Shown here: in pieces, positions 28,217 to 39,792 of the stretch | How positions within the stretch are numbered: the stretch's first letter is position 1 | How the letters are laid out: each line of letters opens with the position of its first letter | Assembly: GCA_037388025.1 (NCBI GenBank) | Contig: JARRKO010000001.1 | Span: forward strand, 32,473 to 96,472 | Length of the DNA: 64,000 bases | DNA from: Syntrophobacterales bacterium | Lineage (GTDB): Bacteria; Desulfobacterota; Desulfobaccia; Desulfobaccales; 0-14-0-80-60-11 | Direction: 5' to 3' | The notes under the pieces: model-generated | Databases searched by the model: none | What the model was told of the DNA's origin: nothing | What the model saw: the letters and a program-made list of their open reading frames with translations, nothing else | Translations under genes and position numbers: made by a program

Positions 28217-29071
28217 CTATTTGTCACAGCCCCTCTCTGATTTGGGCTCCTGGTAGTTGTTGTATTGTTTCAGGAGTTCCAGATAGCGCAAGGGGTCGAA
28301 GTTCACGTAGCGATATTGCTGGAAGACTTGCCCCCCGCTCAGATAGCTGTGGACCAGGCGTTTCTGGAATTCCACAAAACCGAGTTCTCCCGATTGCGCC
28401 AAGTAATGGCTCATAAGGTTGGGAGTCTTGCCGTCAGGCATGAACTCTGGAATGGGATCGTTGACGAATTCGTTGGCGTGGTAAAGGCCAAAGAGATGGC
28501 CCAGTTCATGAATAATGAGGTGGGCCAGCCTTTCCGGGTTTTTTTGGGTTTCTCCCAGCCGGGTGCTGCAGATGTCCCTCTGAAAGTGCTTGAAATCTAT
28601 ATGGATGGTGGACAGGTTGAGGTGGGCGAAAGCATACTTATCCAGGCACACCAGTATAAAGCGGGGGCGGAAGGGTGGCGCCACCTGAAAGGCTGTGAAC
28701 GTGCGGTGCAGCCACTCCTTATGGGTCAAGGCCTCGAGGCGCAGACGTTTTGTGGGCGACAGGCTGTTCGGGGAAGCTGATCCCGACACCATTTCCAGAA
28801 GTATACCCATCTGGGCATAAAAGTTAGAAACCCGCTGCCAGGCCTGGGGAAGGAGACGATGGAAGGGGGTAAGCTCCGGGTAGGGCGACGCATAAACCTC
28901 TATAGTGACGCGCTTGGGTGAAAGATCCACCGGGCCCAAAGCACACAGAGAAAAGAGGTTGGCTTCTCGGAGGAGGGGAGGGGGGTCGGCAGTGCTAGAC
29001 GGGGCCGGGGTGGTTAAGATGGCCCACAACAAAAGGACCGGGCAGAGCCTGAGGAAATTTTTTTGCCACAT
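28217..29071 (-). CDS. Secreted metzincin-type zinc metalloprotease
   Basis: Start re-picked at MWQKNFLRLCPVLLLWAILTTPAPSS (signal peptide). HELGHLFGLYH matches HExxHxxGxxH, and a downstream NLMSHY could be the Met-turn. Confidence 0.65.
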   Translation of the reverse strand: MWQKNFLRLCPVLLLWAILTTPAPSSTADPPPLLREANLFSLCALGPVDLSPKRVTIEVYASPYPELTPFHRLLPQAWQRVSNFYAQMGILLEMVSGSASPNSLSPTKRLRLEALTHKEWLHRTFTAFQVAPPFRPRFILVCLDKYAFAHLNLSTIHIDFKHFQRDICSTRLGETQKNPERLAHLIIHELGHLFGLYHANEFVNDPIPEFMPDGKTPNLMSHYLAQSGELGFVEFQKRLVHSYLSGGQVFQQYRYVNFDPLRYLELLKQYNNYQEPKSERGCDK

Positions 29072-29130
29072 TCCTTTGCTTTTTTTAGATTTAAGGTAAA
29101 ATAAAAAATTTGGAGAAAGGAGCAACCATC

Positions 29131-29322
29131 ATGGCCTACGTTTGCGATATTTGCGGCAAAAAGCCCCGGGTGGGCAACAATGTCAGCCATGCCAACAACC
29201 ACACCAAGCGACGCTGGAAGCCCAATCTGCGTCGGGTCCGGGCCTTGCAGCAGGGTACCGTCCAATATATTCGGGTTTGCACCCGTTGCCTACGCTCCGG
29301 CTACGTCGTCAAGCCGGCTTAG
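29131..29322 (+). CDS. rpmB: 50S ribosomal protein L28
   Basis: [33 protein letters not shown], with GGAGAAAGGAG upstream. Confidence 0.93.
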   Translation: MAYVCDICGKKPRVGNNVSHANNHTKRRWKPNLRRVRALQQGTVQYIRVCTRCLRSGYVVKPA

Positions 29323-29370
29323 CAATCAGTCACCGGCTGGAAGCAGTTATAACAGCTATATTTTGTCGCT

Positions 29371-29400
29371 GGCGGGCTCAGAGGCCCGCCCTACTTTTTT
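29371..29400 (+). terminator. Rho-independent terminator after rpmB
   Basis: GGCGGGC-tcagag-GCCCGCC followed by CTACTTTTTT. Confidence 0.7.
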
Positions 29401-29483
29401 GGTGAGCTAATTAGTTCCTGGACTGATGCGATTTTTTCTTCTCTAAACTTGGCGTTAAATCATATTAAGCACTACAATCTTAA

Positions 29484-29507
29484 CTGACTACTGACTACTG
29501 ACTACTG
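29484..29507. repeat. Heptamer array (CTGACTA x3 + CTG)
   Basis: Perfect triplicate 7-mer in the convergent rpmB/relA spacer, ending 9 nt from the relA stop. Confidence 0.88.
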
Positions 29508-29515
29508 CCTTCCCC

Positions 29516-31672
29516 TCACGCCGTCATCCGCCGCACGGAAATCACTTCTTTTAACCGTTTCAGGGCCGCAAATACCCGATCCAGGTGGTGCTGATCGGTG
29601 ACCTGGATGGTAAAATTGGCGATACCCCGATGCTCGGCGGTGGTCACCACCGAGGCTTTGGTGACATTGACATCAGCGGATTTCAGGGCGCTGGAGATAT
29701 CAGCCAGGAGTCCCGGCTTATCCACGGTGACCACCTGAATGTTGGCCGGATACAGATCCCGGGAGTGGCCGTCCCACTCCGCCGGAATTTGCCGGAAGGA
29801 CTCGGTGCGGGCCAGATAGGCACAGTCGCTGCGGTGGATGGTGATGCCTTTGCCTCGGGTGATGTATCCCACAATGTTGTCCCCCGGGATGGGCTGGCAG
29901 CAGCTGGCCAAGCGCACCAGCATGTCCTGGAGGCCCTTGATGCGGATGGGCCCGGCTTCCTTGGGGGGGCGCACTTCAGCTTCAGCTTCGGGAGTCGGCG
30001 TTTCCTCGGCCGTGGCCGGAAAGAGGATTTTTTGGATGCGTCCGCCCACCTGGCCGGCGGATAGCTTGCCGTGACCGATGGCTTCAAAAAGGTCGTCCAC
30101 CCGGTGAAAAGACAGCTCCAGTGCCACCTTTTTCAGGTCGTCTCCATCTTTTAACATCTTCTGCAGGCTGGCGCCGCTTTTCCGAAGTTCCCGCTCCAAG
30201 AGTTCTTTGCCCAGGCCGATGCTTTGCTCCCGTTCCTTGGCCTTGAGAAATTGGCGAATCTTCGCCCGGGCCTTGGTGGTCTTGACGAATTGGAGCCAAT
30301 CCCGGTTGGGGCGCTGGTTGGGGTTGGTGGTAATTTCCACGATATCCCCGTTTTGCAGTTCGTGACGCAGCGGCACCATGCGGCCGTTGACCTTGGCTCC
30401 GGAGCAGGCGTTACCCACCTCAGTGTGGATGGCGTAGGCAAAGTCCACCGGGGTGGCTCCCCGGGGGAGTTCCTTGACTTCGCCCCGGGGAGTGAAAACA
30501 TAGACCTCTTCCGGAAAAAGCTCCAGGCGCATGCCCTCCAGGAATTCTTCCGGGGTTTTCAGCTCGGTCTGCAGGTCCACCAGTTGCCGCAGCCAGGCAA
30601 AGGTCTGGGCGTCCTTTTTCTCAAAGGGCTTTTTTTCCTTGTAAGTCCAGTGGGCCGCGATACCTTCCTCAGCAAGGATATGCATTTCCTGGGTGCGAAT
30701 CTGCACTTCCATGCGCTCGCCGTAAGGACCGATGACCGTGGTATGAATGGACTGGTAGAAATTGGCCTTGGGCATGCCGATATAGTCCTTGAGGCGCCCC
30801 GGCACCGGGCGGAAAAGGTTGTTGACCACGCCCAGGGCTTCATAGCACTCGCTCACGGTATTTAGAATGATGCGGAAAGCCAGAATGTCGTGGAGTTCAT
30901 CCAGCGAGATCTGTTGGGCCTGGAGCTTGCGATATATGCTATACAAGTGCTTCAGCCGGCCGCTGACTTCCCCCTGTAACCCATGCTCCGCCAGTTTATC
31001 TTTGAGGAGCTGACAAATCTCTTCGATGTAATTTTCCCGCTCCCCTTTTTTCAGGATTAAACCTTCCTGGATCTGATGGTAGGCTTCCGGCTCCAGAAAA
31101 AAGAAGGCCAGGTCTTCGAGTTCCGCTTTCAGGCGAAACATCCCCAGGCGGCCGGCCAGGGGCGCATAGATGTCCAGGGTCTCCCGGGCGATGCGCTTCT
31201 GCCGGGGAGGGTCCATGAAGCCTAAGGTCCGCATGTTGTGCACCCGGTCGGCCAGCTTTACCAGGAGCACCCGGATGTCCTGGGACATGGACAGGACCAT
31301 TTTGCGGATATACTCGGCCTGCTGGGTGGTCTTGTCCCCGAAAATCAATTGGCCGATCTTGGTTACCCCGTTGACGATATCGGTGACTTCTTCCCCGAAA
31401 TATTCATCCAGGTCATCCAGGCTGGCGGTGGTGTCCTCCACCGTGTCGTGGAGGAGACCGCAGGAAACAGTAACGGGTCCGAGACCCATTTGGGCCAGGA
31501 GGTAGGCTACTTCCAGGGGGTGAGACAGGTAGGGTTCGCCGTTGAGACGAATTTGCCCTTCGTGGGCTTTGGCCGAAAAGACGTAGGCTTTCTGAATCAA
31601 ACTGGTGTCCACCTCAGGATGGTGCTTGAGGACTTCTTCTTCGACATCCTGGAGGCGGATAATTCTAGTCAT
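29516..31672 (-). CDS. relA: Bifunctional (p)ppGpp synthetase/hydrolase (RelA/SpoT homologue)
   Basis: 718-aa ORF. HD motif LLHDTVEDT, synthetase [15 protein letters not shown] and C-terminal ACT-like domains. Confidence 0.95.
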   Translation of the reverse strand: MTRIIRLQDVEEEVLKHHPEVDTSLIQKAYVFSAKAHEGQIRLNGEPYLSHPLEVAYLLAQMGLGPVTVSCGLLHDTVEDTTASLDDLDEYFGEEVTDIVNGVTKIGQLIFGDKTTQQAEYIRKMVLSMSQDIRVLLVKLADRVHNMRTLGFMDPPRQKRIARETLDIYAPLAGRLGMFRLKAELEDLAFFFLEPEAYHQIQEGLILKKGERENYIEEICQLLKDKLAEHGLQGEVSGRLKHLYSIYRKLQAQQISLDELHDILAFRIILNTVSECYEALGVVNNLFRPVPGRLKDYIGMPKANFYQSIHTTVIGPYGERMEVQIRTQEMHILAEEGIAAHWTYKEKKPFEKKDAQTFAWLRQLVDLQTELKTPEEFLEGMRLELFPEEVYVFTPRGEVKELPRGATPVDFAYAIHTEVGNACSGAKVNGRMVPLRHELQNGDIVEITTNPNQRPNRDWLQFVKTTKARAKIRQFLKAKEREQSIGLGKELLERELRKSGASLQKMLKDGDDLKKVALELSFHRVDDLFEAIGHGKLSAGQVGGRIQKILFPATAEETPTPEAEAEVRPPKEAGPIRIKGLQDMLVRLASCCQPIPGDNIVGYITRGKGITIHRSDCAYLARTESFRQIPAEWDGHSRDLYPANIQVVTVDKPGLLADISSALKSADVNVTKASVVTTAEHRGIANFTIQVTDQHHLDRVFAALKRLKEVISVRRMTA

Positions 31673-33380
31673 GGAATTCTTGGTCTATTAAGTCCTTAAT
31701 ATAAGGAAATATTCTGTCTAACTCCACCAGGGTCAGGTTTTGGGTGCGCCGGTGGCGCACTTCGGCCTGGCCGGCGGCCAGAGTCTTGGGGCCTACCACT
31801 ACCCGAAGGGGCAGGCCCAAGAGGTCCATATCCTTGAACTTGACCCCCGGGCGTTCGTCCCGGTCGTCCAGCAGAACTTCGATCCCCGCGGCCTCCAATT
31901 CGTCATGCAAGCGGGCCGCGGTTTCCCGGGTGGTCTGATCGTTCATATTGATGGGAACTAGGCCCACCTGAAAGGGAGCCAGGGCCATGGGCCAGATGAT
32001 GCCGTCGGTGTCGTGACCCTGCTCAATGGCCGCGGCCACGATGCGGCTCACACCGATGCCGTAGCATCCCATAAAAATGAACTGTTCTTCACCCTCGTCA
32101 TCAAGGAACTTGGCTGCCAGCGCCTTGGAATACTTGAGGCCAAGCTTGAAGATGTGCCCCACTTCAATGCCCTTTAATAAAGTTAAGGCGGCGCCGCAGC
32201 GGGGGCAAGGGTCTTGCTCCGTGACCTGGCGCAAATCCGCCACCCGGGTAATTTGGAGGTCCCGCTGGGGATGCACGCCGGTGAAGTGATGGTCGTCTTT
32301 ATTGGCTCCAATGACCATGGCGGAAAGGGCGGCTACGGCCTGGTCGGCGTAAATCGGGATAGACAAGCCCAAAGGCCCGGAGAAGCCTACCTCCGCCCCG
32401 GTAAGCTCCTTAACCTTAGCCGGGCCGGCCAGGATAAGGTCGGTGACCCCTAAAAGATTCCTCACCTTGATCTCGTTTACTTCGTGATCGCCCCGGATGA
32501 GCACCGCCACCGGGTCCTGGTCGGTTTCATAAATCAAGGTCTTGACGATGTCTCGCGGCTGCACCTTAAGAAAGGCTGCCACTTCTTCCACGGTGCGCAC
32601 CCCGGGGGTGGCTACCAGCTTGGATGATCCCGCCGGGGGCGGCCCCGGATTGTCCTCAGGGGGCGGCACTTCCGCCTTTTCCAAGTTGGCGGCGTAATTA
32701 CAGGAGTTACAGGATGCCAAAAGATCCTCCCCCGTGTCCGCCAGGACCATGAATTCGTGGGAAAAGCTTCCCCCGATGGGGCCGGTGTCCGCCTCCACCG
32801 CCTTAAAAGTCAGTCCGCAGCGTCGAAAGATGCGGCTATAAGCTTCATACATGGACCCGTAGGTAAGTTCCGCCCCGGCTTCGTCCACGTCGAAACTGTA
32901 AGCGTCCTTCATGATGAACTCCCGCCCTCGGATGAGCCCGAAGCGGGGCCGAATTTCATCCCGGAACTTCACCTGAATCTGGTAGAGGTTCAAGGGAAGT
33001 TGTCGGTAGGAGTGCACCTCCCGGCGCACCACATCAGTGATCACTTCTTCATGCGTGGGGCCGAAGCAGCAATCCCGACCGTGACGGTCCTTGAAGCGGA
33101 GCAATTCCTTGCCATAAACTTGCCAACGGCCCGACTCCTGCCACAACTCAGCCGGCTGCACCGCAGGCAGCAGCACTTCCTGGGCCCCGGCCCGGTTCAT
33201 TTCCTCCCGGACGATCTGTTCCACCTTGCGCAAAACCCGCAGACCCAGAGGCAGATAATCATAGATACCGGAGGCCAGCTTCCGGATCATGCCGGCCCGG
33301 AAAAGCAAAATGTGGGACGTGGCCTCGGCTTCCGCCGGAGTTTCCTTGAGAGTGGGGATGAGGAGACGACTATAACGCAT
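31665..33380 (-). CDS. proS: Prolyl-tRNA synthetase (bacterial type with INS editing domain)
   Basis: 571-aa ORF beginning [19 protein letters not shown], with class II motifs. Confidence 0.97.
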   Translation of the reverse strand: MRYSRLLIPTLKETPAEAEATSHILLFRAGMIRKLASGIYDYLPLGLRVLRKVEQIVREEMNRAGAQEVLLPAVQPAELWQESGRWQVYGKELLRFKDRHGRDCCFGPTHEEVITDVVRREVHSYRQLPLNLYQIQVKFRDEIRPRFGLIRGREFIMKDAYSFDVDEAGAELTYGSMYEAYSRIFRRCGLTFKAVEADTGPIGGSFSHEFMVLADTGEDLLASCNSCNYAANLEKAEVPPPEDNPGPPPAGSSKLVATPGVRTVEEVAAFLKVQPRDIVKTLIYETDQDPVAVLIRGDHEVNEIKVRNLLGVTDLILAGPAKVKELTGAEVGFSGPLGLSIPIYADQAVAALSAMVIGANKDDHHFTGVHPQRDLQITRVADLRQVTEQDPCPRCGAALTLLKGIEVGHIFKLGLKYSKALAAKFLDDEGEEQFIFMGCYGIGVSRIVAAAIEQGHDTDGIIWPMALAPFQVGLVPINMNDQTTRETAARLHDELEAAGIEVLLDDRDERPGVKFKDMDLLGLPLRVVVGPKTLAAGQAEVRHRRTQNLTLVELDRIFPYIKDLIDQEFHD

Positions 33381-33433
33381 ATTTTTTCAAATTATTTTAC
33401 CATAAAACGCGCCAAACAACAGGCTTCCCCTTC

Positions 33434-33530
33434 ATTCAGTAATCCGTAATCTGTCATCAGTGATCAGTGATCAGTTAAAAGAAGCTTGTCATCGATTACT
33501 GATTATTGACAACTGAGTTACTGATTACTG
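33434..33530. repeat. Inverted heptamer arrays (xATCxGT x6 ... ATTACTG-type x5) around a 19-bp core
   Basis: ATTCAGT AATCCGT AATCTGT CATCAGT GATCAGT GATCAGT | core | ATTACTG ATTATTG ACAACTG AGTTACTG ATTACTG. Confidence 0.88.
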
Positions 33531-33586
33531 GGGGGTATGTGGGGGGATAAGGGTTTCGATCTTGCCTTCTCCTTCACCGATTACCC

Positions 33587-34588
33587 CTACCCGGGTCCCA
33601 GGTGGATAAGGGCCCATTCCAGCCAGACTCGGGGGTTGGTAGTGCTGGTCTTGATGGAAAGGTCGGCTTGATGCAGGAGTTTCAAGTGCGCCTCCAGAGC
33701 TGGCAAAGAAAATTTTTCGGCTTGCCGTCCCAGTTTTTTGACGATGCCGGGGGGCAGTTTTAGCAGCTTGGTTAAGTCGGCCGGAGAGGAGTGGGGCGCT
33801 GCTTCTTTATAGCGGATGAGAAGGCGCAGTTGCCGGGCCAGCATACCGAGAATGGACGCCGGCTTTTCACCCAGGTCCAGAAGATGATTCAGGGCCGCCA
33901 AGCGTCGGGTTAGCGCAAGTTCCCCCAAAGCATCGGTCAATGCGAAAATGTTATAGGAGCGACTGTGGCTGGCGAGCTGGCTCACCTGCTGGGGAGTGAG
34001 GGTGGCTTCGTCGCCGGCGAAGAGGGCCAGCTTCTTGAGCTCCTGGTGGAGTTCGGACAGGTTGTCGCCCACCACCTCCACCAGACGTTGGGCCGCGGCC
34101 GGGGTCAGGGTCTTGCCCAGGCGTTTGGCCTCCTGGGCCAGCCAGGGCAGAAGATCCCCTTCCCGCAGGCGAAAGAACCCCGCTACGGCCCCGTTTTTGG
34201 CAAGGCGTCCGAAAACGGGGTGTTTTTCCGCCTCCCGACCCTTCAAACTCGGGGCGGTGAGGATCACCAGACTGCGGGGGGCTGGATGATCAAGATAGGC
34301 GAGAACAGCGTTCAGTGCCTGGGCCGGATAGGTTTCCGCTCGGCGCAGGATGAGCAGTTGGCCGGAACCCCACAAGGTGGACAGGCGGGCCTGGGCGAAA
34401 AATTCCTCCAGACTCACTTCGGGGGCTTCCCGCACTACCCGGGATACCGCCTCGCCCCACTTCTCACTCAGGGCCTGTTCCAGACGGCGGAGGGCCCGCT
34501 CCATGAGGAATTCTTCTTCCCCGAAGAAGAGATAAACAGGCCTTAAACTCTGGCGTTCCAGGTGACGTTCCAAGATGGGGTGGGACAT
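33587..34588 (-). CDS. holA: DNA polymerase III delta subunit
   Basis: 333-aa ORF in leuS-lptE-holA synteny. The N-terminus LRPVYLFFGEEEFL is typical. Confidence 0.85.
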   Translation of the reverse strand: MSHPILERHLERQSLRPVYLFFGEEEFLMERALRRLEQALSEKWGEAVSRVVREAPEVSLEEFFAQARLSTLWGSGQLLILRRAETYPAQALNAVLAYLDHPAPRSLVILTAPSLKGREAEKHPVFGRLAKNGAVAGFFRLREGDLLPWLAQEAKRLGKTLTPAAAQRLVEVVGDNLSELHQELKKLALFAGDEATLTPQQVSQLASHSRSYNIFALTDALGELALTRRLAALNHLLDLGEKPASILGMLARQLRLLIRYKEAAPHSSPADLTKLLKLPPGIVKKLGRQAEKFSLPALEAHLKLLHQADLSIKTSTTNPRVWLEWALIHLGPG

Positions 34589-34593
34589 GTGAA

Positions 34594-34628
34594 AATTAGT
34601 GACCAGTGATCAGTGGTCAGTAAACAGC
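34594..34628. repeat. Heptamer array (AATTAGT GACCAGT GATCAGT GGTCAGT AAACAGC) occupying the lptE-holA spacer
   Basis: The 42-nt gap between the lptE stop (34631) and the holA start (34588) is almost entirely this array. Confidence 0.88.
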
Positions 34629-34630
34629 AA

Positions 34631-35158
34631 TTAAATCACCAGCAGGACCTTGTCCAGCATCTTTTTAGCCAAGGTGACCGCACCCCGGCGGACCCCCAAA
34701 TTTTTCAAGGTCTCGCTCTCCTGGTAGGTCTGGTCAAACACATAGTCTTCCTGAACGATGGCCTGGTCCTTCCAGACCACCTTGCCCGTGCTGCGGCGAG
34801 TCAACTGCACTTCCACCCGGATGGTGATGCGGCGCACCAAAGAACGGTTGATATTGAAGTCGGCCACCGAGGAGTAGGCTACCGAAGCAATCTTACCGTC
34901 CAGGACCAGGTCGGCCTTTTCCGGCCGGGCTACCAGGCGCAAGGCCTGGCTGCGCCTAAAGGTCTCGATAAAGCTGTTGGCAAACAGGGACTCCAGGCCG
35001 ATTTCGGTGGACCGGTTGGCAAACAAGGGAATGGCCAGGGTGGGGCGCTCGGTACCGGCTGGTAATTCACCCCGGCCTACGAGGCGGTAGCCGCAGCTGG
35101 CCGCGAATATCAGGAAAAAACAGACCGCCAACCGGAAAACCAAGCTTCGCTGCGCCAT
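34631..35158 (-). CDS. lptE: LPS-assembly lipoprotein LptE
   Basis: 175-aa ORF with lipobox FLIFAASCGY. It lies between leuS and holA. Confidence 0.75.
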   Translation of the reverse strand: MAQRSLVFRLAVCFFLIFAASCGYRLVGRGELPAGTERPTLAIPLFANRSTEIGLESLFANSFIETFRRSQALRLVARPEKADLVLDGKIASVAYSSVADFNINRSLVRRITIRVEVQLTRRSTGKVVWKDQAIVQEDYVFDQTYQESETLKNLGVRRGAVTLAKKMLDKVLLVI

Positions 35159-35180
35159 ATCTTTGGGCTATGGAAGATGC

Positions 35181-37664
35181 TTAGGTGACAATGTTGACCA
35201 GCTTTCCTCTCGCCAAAACTACCCGCTTGGGCTCGCCTTGGAGCCATTTTTGCACCGCCGGGTTCTGCAAGGCCAGTTCTTTGAGCTGAGCCTCGGTGGC
35301 GCTGGCGGGCGCCTCGATTTTTCCCCGCACTTTGCCGTTCACCTGTACCACCAGGGTAAAGCTGCTCTCCACCAGAGCCTCGGGTTGAGCTTCGGGCCAG
35401 GGCTGCAGTTGGAGAGAGGTAGAGAATCCCAAGGCCTGCCAGATTTCTTCGGCGAGGTGGGGAACCAAAGGATTGAGCAATTTCACCAGGACTTCCAGGG
35501 CTTCCCGCCAGACCTGAAAGGTGAGGTCTTCCCGGGGCAGGGTTTCCAGCCCCTGATAAAAGGCGTTCACCAGTTCCATCACTGCCGCGATGGCGGTGTT
35601 GAAGTGGAAGCGCTCATCAATGTCATCCGTCACCTTCTGGATGGTTTGATGGACTTTGCGCCGAAAGTCGAAAACCTCGGTAGAAAGATCGACGCCGGTG
35701 CCCTGGTATGGCTGCACCTCCTGGATATCGGGCAAAATGGTCTGTGTCAGGGCCCAAACCCGGTGCAGGAAGCGGTGGGCCCCGGCCACTCCCTGATCGC
35801 TCCATTCCAGGTCCCGTTCCGGCGGGGCCGCAAAGAGGAGAAACAGCCGGGTGGTGTCGGTGCCGTAGGTTTCGATCATGTCGTTAGGGTCCACCACGTT
35901 GCCCTTGGACTTGGCCATTTTGGCCCCGTCCTTGAGGACCATGCCCTGGGTGAGCAGGCGGTCGAAGGGCTCCGCCAGGTTCACGTAGCCCAGGTCCCGG
36001 AGCACTTTGGTGAAAAACCGGGCGTACAACAGATGCAGCACCGCGTGCTCAATGCCGCCGATATACTGATCCACCGGGGACCAGTAGTTCACCCGGGGCG
36101 GGTCCAGGATGCCTTGGGCATAGTCCGGGCAGGCAAAGCGCAGGAAGTACCAGGAGGACTCCACAAAGGTGTCCATGGTGTCCACTTCCCGGCGGCCCGG
36201 CCCGCCGCAGGCCGGACAAGGCACCTTCCAGAAGGACTCCAATTCACCCAGGGGGGAGGCGCCCACGTGTTCAATCTCCACATCCAGGGGCAGGACCACG
36301 GGGAGGTCTTTCTCCGGGACCGGCACCGGGCCGCAGGTATCGCAGTAAATAATGGGGATGGGCGCACCCCAATAGCGCTGCCGGGAGATGCCCCAGTCCC
36401 GGAGGCGATACTGCACCGCTGGGGCTCCCAGGCCGTTTTTCTCCAGATACGCGGCAATGGCTTCCCGGGCCGGGCCGCTCTCCATGCCGTTAAAGGAACC
36501 GGAGTTTACCAGCACGCCCTCATCTTCATAAGCCTGGGTGAGGGAATCCGCCCGAAGCTCTTCCCCCGGCGGTTGGATCACCACAACTATTCGCTGCCCG
36601 TATTTCTGGGCAAACTCGAAATCCCGCTGGTCGTGGGCCGGCACCGCCATCACCGCGCCGGTGCCGTATTCCATGAGCACGAAATTGGCCACGAAGATGG
36701 GCATTTCCCAGCCGGTGACGGGATTGGTGCAAAAGCGGCCGGTAAACACGCCTTCCTTGGTGACTTCTTCCAGGGCGCCCCGGCTGCGGTCCACGGACCG
36801 CCAATGCTCGACGAAGCGGCGCACCTCCGCTTCCTGGGGAGTGTTCTGGGTCAGGGCCAGGGCGCGGGGGTGCTCCGGGGCCAGGCTCATGAAGGTGGCC
36901 CCCCACAGGGTGTCCTGGCGGGTGGTGAACACGGTGATGGGCTCGTCCTCCCCCACCACCGGAAAGTTTATGTGGGCTCCCGTGGATTTGCCGATCCAGT
37001 TGCGCTGCATGGTCAGGACCCGTTCGGGCCAATGTTGCAAGTGGTCCAGATCGTTCAGAAGTTCTTCGGCATAGGCGGTGATCTGGAAAAACCACTGCTC
37101 CAATTCTTTCAGGACCACCTCGCTGTCACAGCGCCAGCAAGCACCGTCCTCCACCTGTTCGTTGGCCAGGACCGTCTGGCACTGGGGGCACCAGTTCACC
37201 GGAGACATTTTTTTATAGGCCAGACCCCGTTTGAACATCTCCAGAAAAACCAGTTGCTCCCAACGGTAGTAGTCAGGGTCGCAGGTGGCCAGTTCCCGGC
37301 GCCAGTCGTAGCTGTAGCCCAGGGCCTTGAGTTGGCCCCGCATATAGTCGATGTTATCGTAGGTCCAGCGGGCCGGATGGACGCCGGCCTTCAGCGCGGC
37401 GTTTTCGGCCGGAAGACCGAAGGCGTCCCAGCCCATGGGATGAAGCACGTTATAGCCCTGCATCCACTTGTAGCGGGCCACCACGTCGCCGATGGTGTAG
37501 TTGCGCACGTGGCCCATATGAATGTGGCCCGAAGGGTAGGGGAACATTTCCAGGACATAATATTTGGGCCGGGCCGGATCCTCGGCGGCGTCGAACAGGT
37601 GAGTCTCCTCCCAGATTTTCTGCCACTTGGCTTCCACCCAGCCGGGTTGATAGCGGGCTTCCAT
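35181..37664 (-). CDS. leuS: Leucyl-tRNA synthetase
   Basis: Start re-picked at [19 protein letters not shown]-type [11 protein letters not shown] and KMSKS-type KMAKSKGN. Confidence 0.97.
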   Translation of the reverse strand: MEARYQPGWVEAKWQKIWEETHLFDAAEDPARPKYYVLEMFPYPSGHIHMGHVRNYTIGDVVARYKWMQGYNVLHPMGWDAFGLPAENAALKAGVHPARWTYDNIDYMRGQLKALGYSYDWRRELATCDPDYYRWEQLVFLEMFKRGLAYKKMSPVNWCPQCQTVLANEQVEDGACWRCDSEVVLKELEQWFFQITAYAEELLNDLDHLQHWPERVLTMQRNWIGKSTGAHINFPVVGEDEPITVFTTRQDTLWGATFMSLAPEHPRALALTQNTPQEAEVRRFVEHWRSVDRSRGALEEVTKEGVFTGRFCTNPVTGWEMPIFVANFVLMEYGTGAVMAVPAHDQRDFEFAQKYGQRIVVVIQPPGEELRADSLTQAYEDEGVLVNSGSFNGMESGPAREAIAAYLEKNGLGAPAVQYRLRDWGISRQRYWGAPIPIIYCDTCGPVPVPEKDLPVVLPLDVEIEHVGASPLGELESFWKVPCPACGGPGRREVDTMDTFVESSWYFLRFACPDYAQGILDPPRVNYWSPVDQYIGGIEHAVLHLLYARFFTKVLRDLGYVNLAEPFDRLLTQGMVLKDGAKMAKSKGNVVDPNDMIETYGTDTTRLFLLFAAPPERDLEWSDQGVAGAHRFLHRVWALTQTILPDIQEVQPYQGTGVDLSTEVFDFRRKVHQTIQKVTDDIDERFHFNTAIAAVMELVNAFYQGLETLPREDLTFQVWREALEVLVKLLNPLVPHLAEEIWQALGFSTSLQLQPWPEAQPEALVESSFTLVVQVNGKVRGKIEAPASATEAQLKELALQNPAVQKWLQGEPKRVVLARGKLVNIVT

Positions 37665-37810
37665 GTACCGCTCCTGATCGCGGAGAAATTTCAAATATTC
37701 AAATTTACCACAGAAATTCTTACATACCAAGGGCCTAACGCAGGCAAAGTCCGGAATTGACCTCAAGGGGGCTTGATTCACTTTGAATTTTGCCAATGTT
37801 TTGATACCCT

Positions 37811-38632
37811 TTGTCTACCGTGCCTCTGGTCAGCGTCATCATACCCACCTATAACCGGGCCGCCTGGGTCCAGGAGGCGGCGGCTTCGGTTTTGGCCCAG
37901 ACCTTTCGGGACTATGAGCTCATGGTGGTGGACGACGGCAGCACCGACGCCACCCTGGAGGCCCTGATCTCCCTGAGGGGAGGGCTGAAGGTGCTCCGTC
38001 GGGAGCGCCGTCTGGGTGTGAGCGCAGCCCGCAATTTAGGCGCGGCCGCGGCTCGGGGGGACTGGTTGGCCTTTCTGGATTCGGACGACTTGTGGCTGCC
38101 TGACAAGCTGGCCCGGCAAGTGAACTATCTGAGGTCCCACCCGAATCTGGTCATTTGCCAAACCGAGGAGATTTGGATCAGAAACGGGGTGCGGGTGAAT
38201 CCTCCGCAAACCCATCGGAAGGTGGGCGGCGATATTTTTCTGCAGTCCCTGCAACGCTGCTCGGTGAGCCCTTCCGCGGTTATGCTGCACCGGCGGCTGT
38301 TTACGGCCCTGGGGGGCTTTGATGAAACCCTGCCCGTGGCGGAGGACTACGACCTCTGGCTGAGGACCGCCTGGCGCTACCCCGTAGGTCTGGCGCCGGA
38401 GCCCCTGGTCATCAAACGGGGCGGCCACCCTGACCAGCTTTCCCGGCAGCGGGGCCTGGACCGCTTCCGCATCCGGGCCCTGATGAAGCTGCTTCAGGAA
38501 CCGAACCTGCCGTTGCATTATCGACAGGCGGCCCGAAGCACCCTGGCCCAAAAATGCCGCATTTACGCCCAGGGCTGCGAGAAGCGGGGGAAAAGGAGGG
38601 AAGCAAAAAAGTATTGGAAACTAATTGTTTAA
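37811..38632 (+). CDS. Family-2 glycosyltransferase
   Basis: 273-aa ORF with a TTG start. Motifs [18 protein letters not shown] and LDSDD. Confidence 0.8.
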   Translation: MSTVPLVSVIIPTYNRAAWVQEAAASVLAQTFRDYELMVVDDGSTDATLEALISLRGGLKVLRRERRLGVSAARNLGAAAARGDWLAFLDSDDLWLPDKLARQVNYLRSHPNLVICQTEEIWIRNGVRVNPPQTHRKVGGDIFLQSLQRCSVSPSAVMLHRRLFTALGGFDETLPVAEDYDLWLRTAWRYPVGLAPEPLVIKRGGHPDQLSRQRGLDRFRIRALMKLLQEPNLPLHYRQAARSTLAQKCRIYAQGCEKRGKRREAKKYWKLIV

Positions 38633-38704
38633 ATTCAGATAGTTATAATTCTGGAAATGTGGTATTAATAAAGATTAAGAATAAATATCAAAGGAGATGG
38701 GAAA

Positions 38705-39378
38705 ATGGCGGAAGAGAAAAAATCATCATTCCCCATGCTCCCGGTAGCCCATTGGTGGTCTCTACGGGAAAAATTTAAGCAAAGCATCCCAGGGGTAGTA
38801 ACAGAAAATTATTTGGCCACGATTCTTAATATTCAGGCAAATTCCGCCAGAGTAAACATTCTACCATCTCTAAAAACAATTGGCCTTATAGATTCAGATG
38901 GCAAAACAAATCAAGAATTGGCAAAAGCCTGGAGGGATGATTCAAATTACGCTGAGGTATGCAAAGAAATAAGAGAAAGAATCTATCCAGAAGACTTATT
39001 TTCAGCAGTTCCAAATCCTAGTGAAGATAAGGAGGCTGTTAAAAGATGGTTTGCAAATCAAACTGGAAGTGGAGTAAGTGCAGTAAATAAAATGGCAAGC
39101 TTTTACATTACCTTGGCGAAGCTGATTCATCAAAGAAACCAGAAAAGAAAGCTGTAAGAGAACCAGCCTTAAAAAAACCAAAAATGGCACCAATGGCAAT
39201 AGAGAAAAAAGATCAAGAAAAGAAGCCAATAGATATGCACCCTCCAACACTTACTGACATCCATCCAAGTTTTCCCAGTGTGCATATAAATTTGGAGATA
39301 CACATCTCATCTGACGCCACACCAGACCAAATTGATAAGATTTTTGAGAGCATGGCCAAGCATATATACAATAAATAG
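38705..39378 (+). pseudogene. DUF5343-like gene split by a 1-nt frameshift (track ORFs 38705-39157 + 39184-39378)
   Basis: The second frame is open from 39091. Restoring one G in GCG(G)AAGCT near 39118 joins ...FYITLAEADSSKKPEKK... into a single ~220-aa ORF. The family assignment is from recall. Confidence 0.5.
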
Positions 39379-39385
39379 ATAATCA

Positions 39386-39792
39386 ATGAAGTCTGCTGCG
39401 CTCAATGCTCTAGAAATTGCTAAGAAGATTAAGGCTGAGGTTCCTGTCAGATTTGTTCCACCCTCCGAAGGAACCAAACCTCTTAGCCAAAATATTTTGC
39501 CTCATGCAATGGTTGCAGGAACAAGAGGTTATATCGAAAGAATAGTTTTCCAGATAAACGGTTCTTATGAAAAAGGGTGGTTTGATGCTTGTGCTGTAAT
39601 GATGCGACGTCTCCTAGAAACACTGTTTATTGAGTAAGAAATACCAAGAAAGCATTACCAAAACTTAAAAATTTGGGAGACCAGTCAGCACATAGCAGAA
39701 GATATGTAGCACACAGAGAAGACATCGATAAGAATGTTTCAAATTTCAGAACAATATGCCAAGAACTACTTTTTTTGGCTGAATTAAAATAA
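39386..39792 (+). pseudogene. DUF4145-like helical protein gene with an internal out-of-frame deletion
   Basis: The N-part ends ...CAVMMRRLLETLFIE*. The C-part continues in another frame as KALPKLKNLGDQSAHSRRYVAHREDID...LLFLAELK*. Confidence 0.45.

Noticed and set aside
35163-37760. An 865-aa ORF antisense to the whole of leuS. Similar long antisense ORFs exist at 12671-14065, 13668-14888, 47660-48958, 3489-4310, 20821-21699 and 56378-57187.
   Set aside because: Where I checked (leuS and atpD), the antisense ORF is codon-aligned with the sense gene, so an antisense stop would require a sense TTA, CTA or TCA codon. Those codons are simply avoided in this GC-rich genome. The translations are low-complexity (G/H/P/R/V-rich), while the opposite strand encodes unmistakable conserved proteins. 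The ORFs are shadows, although the complete absence of those three codons from leuS is a neat codon-bias readout.
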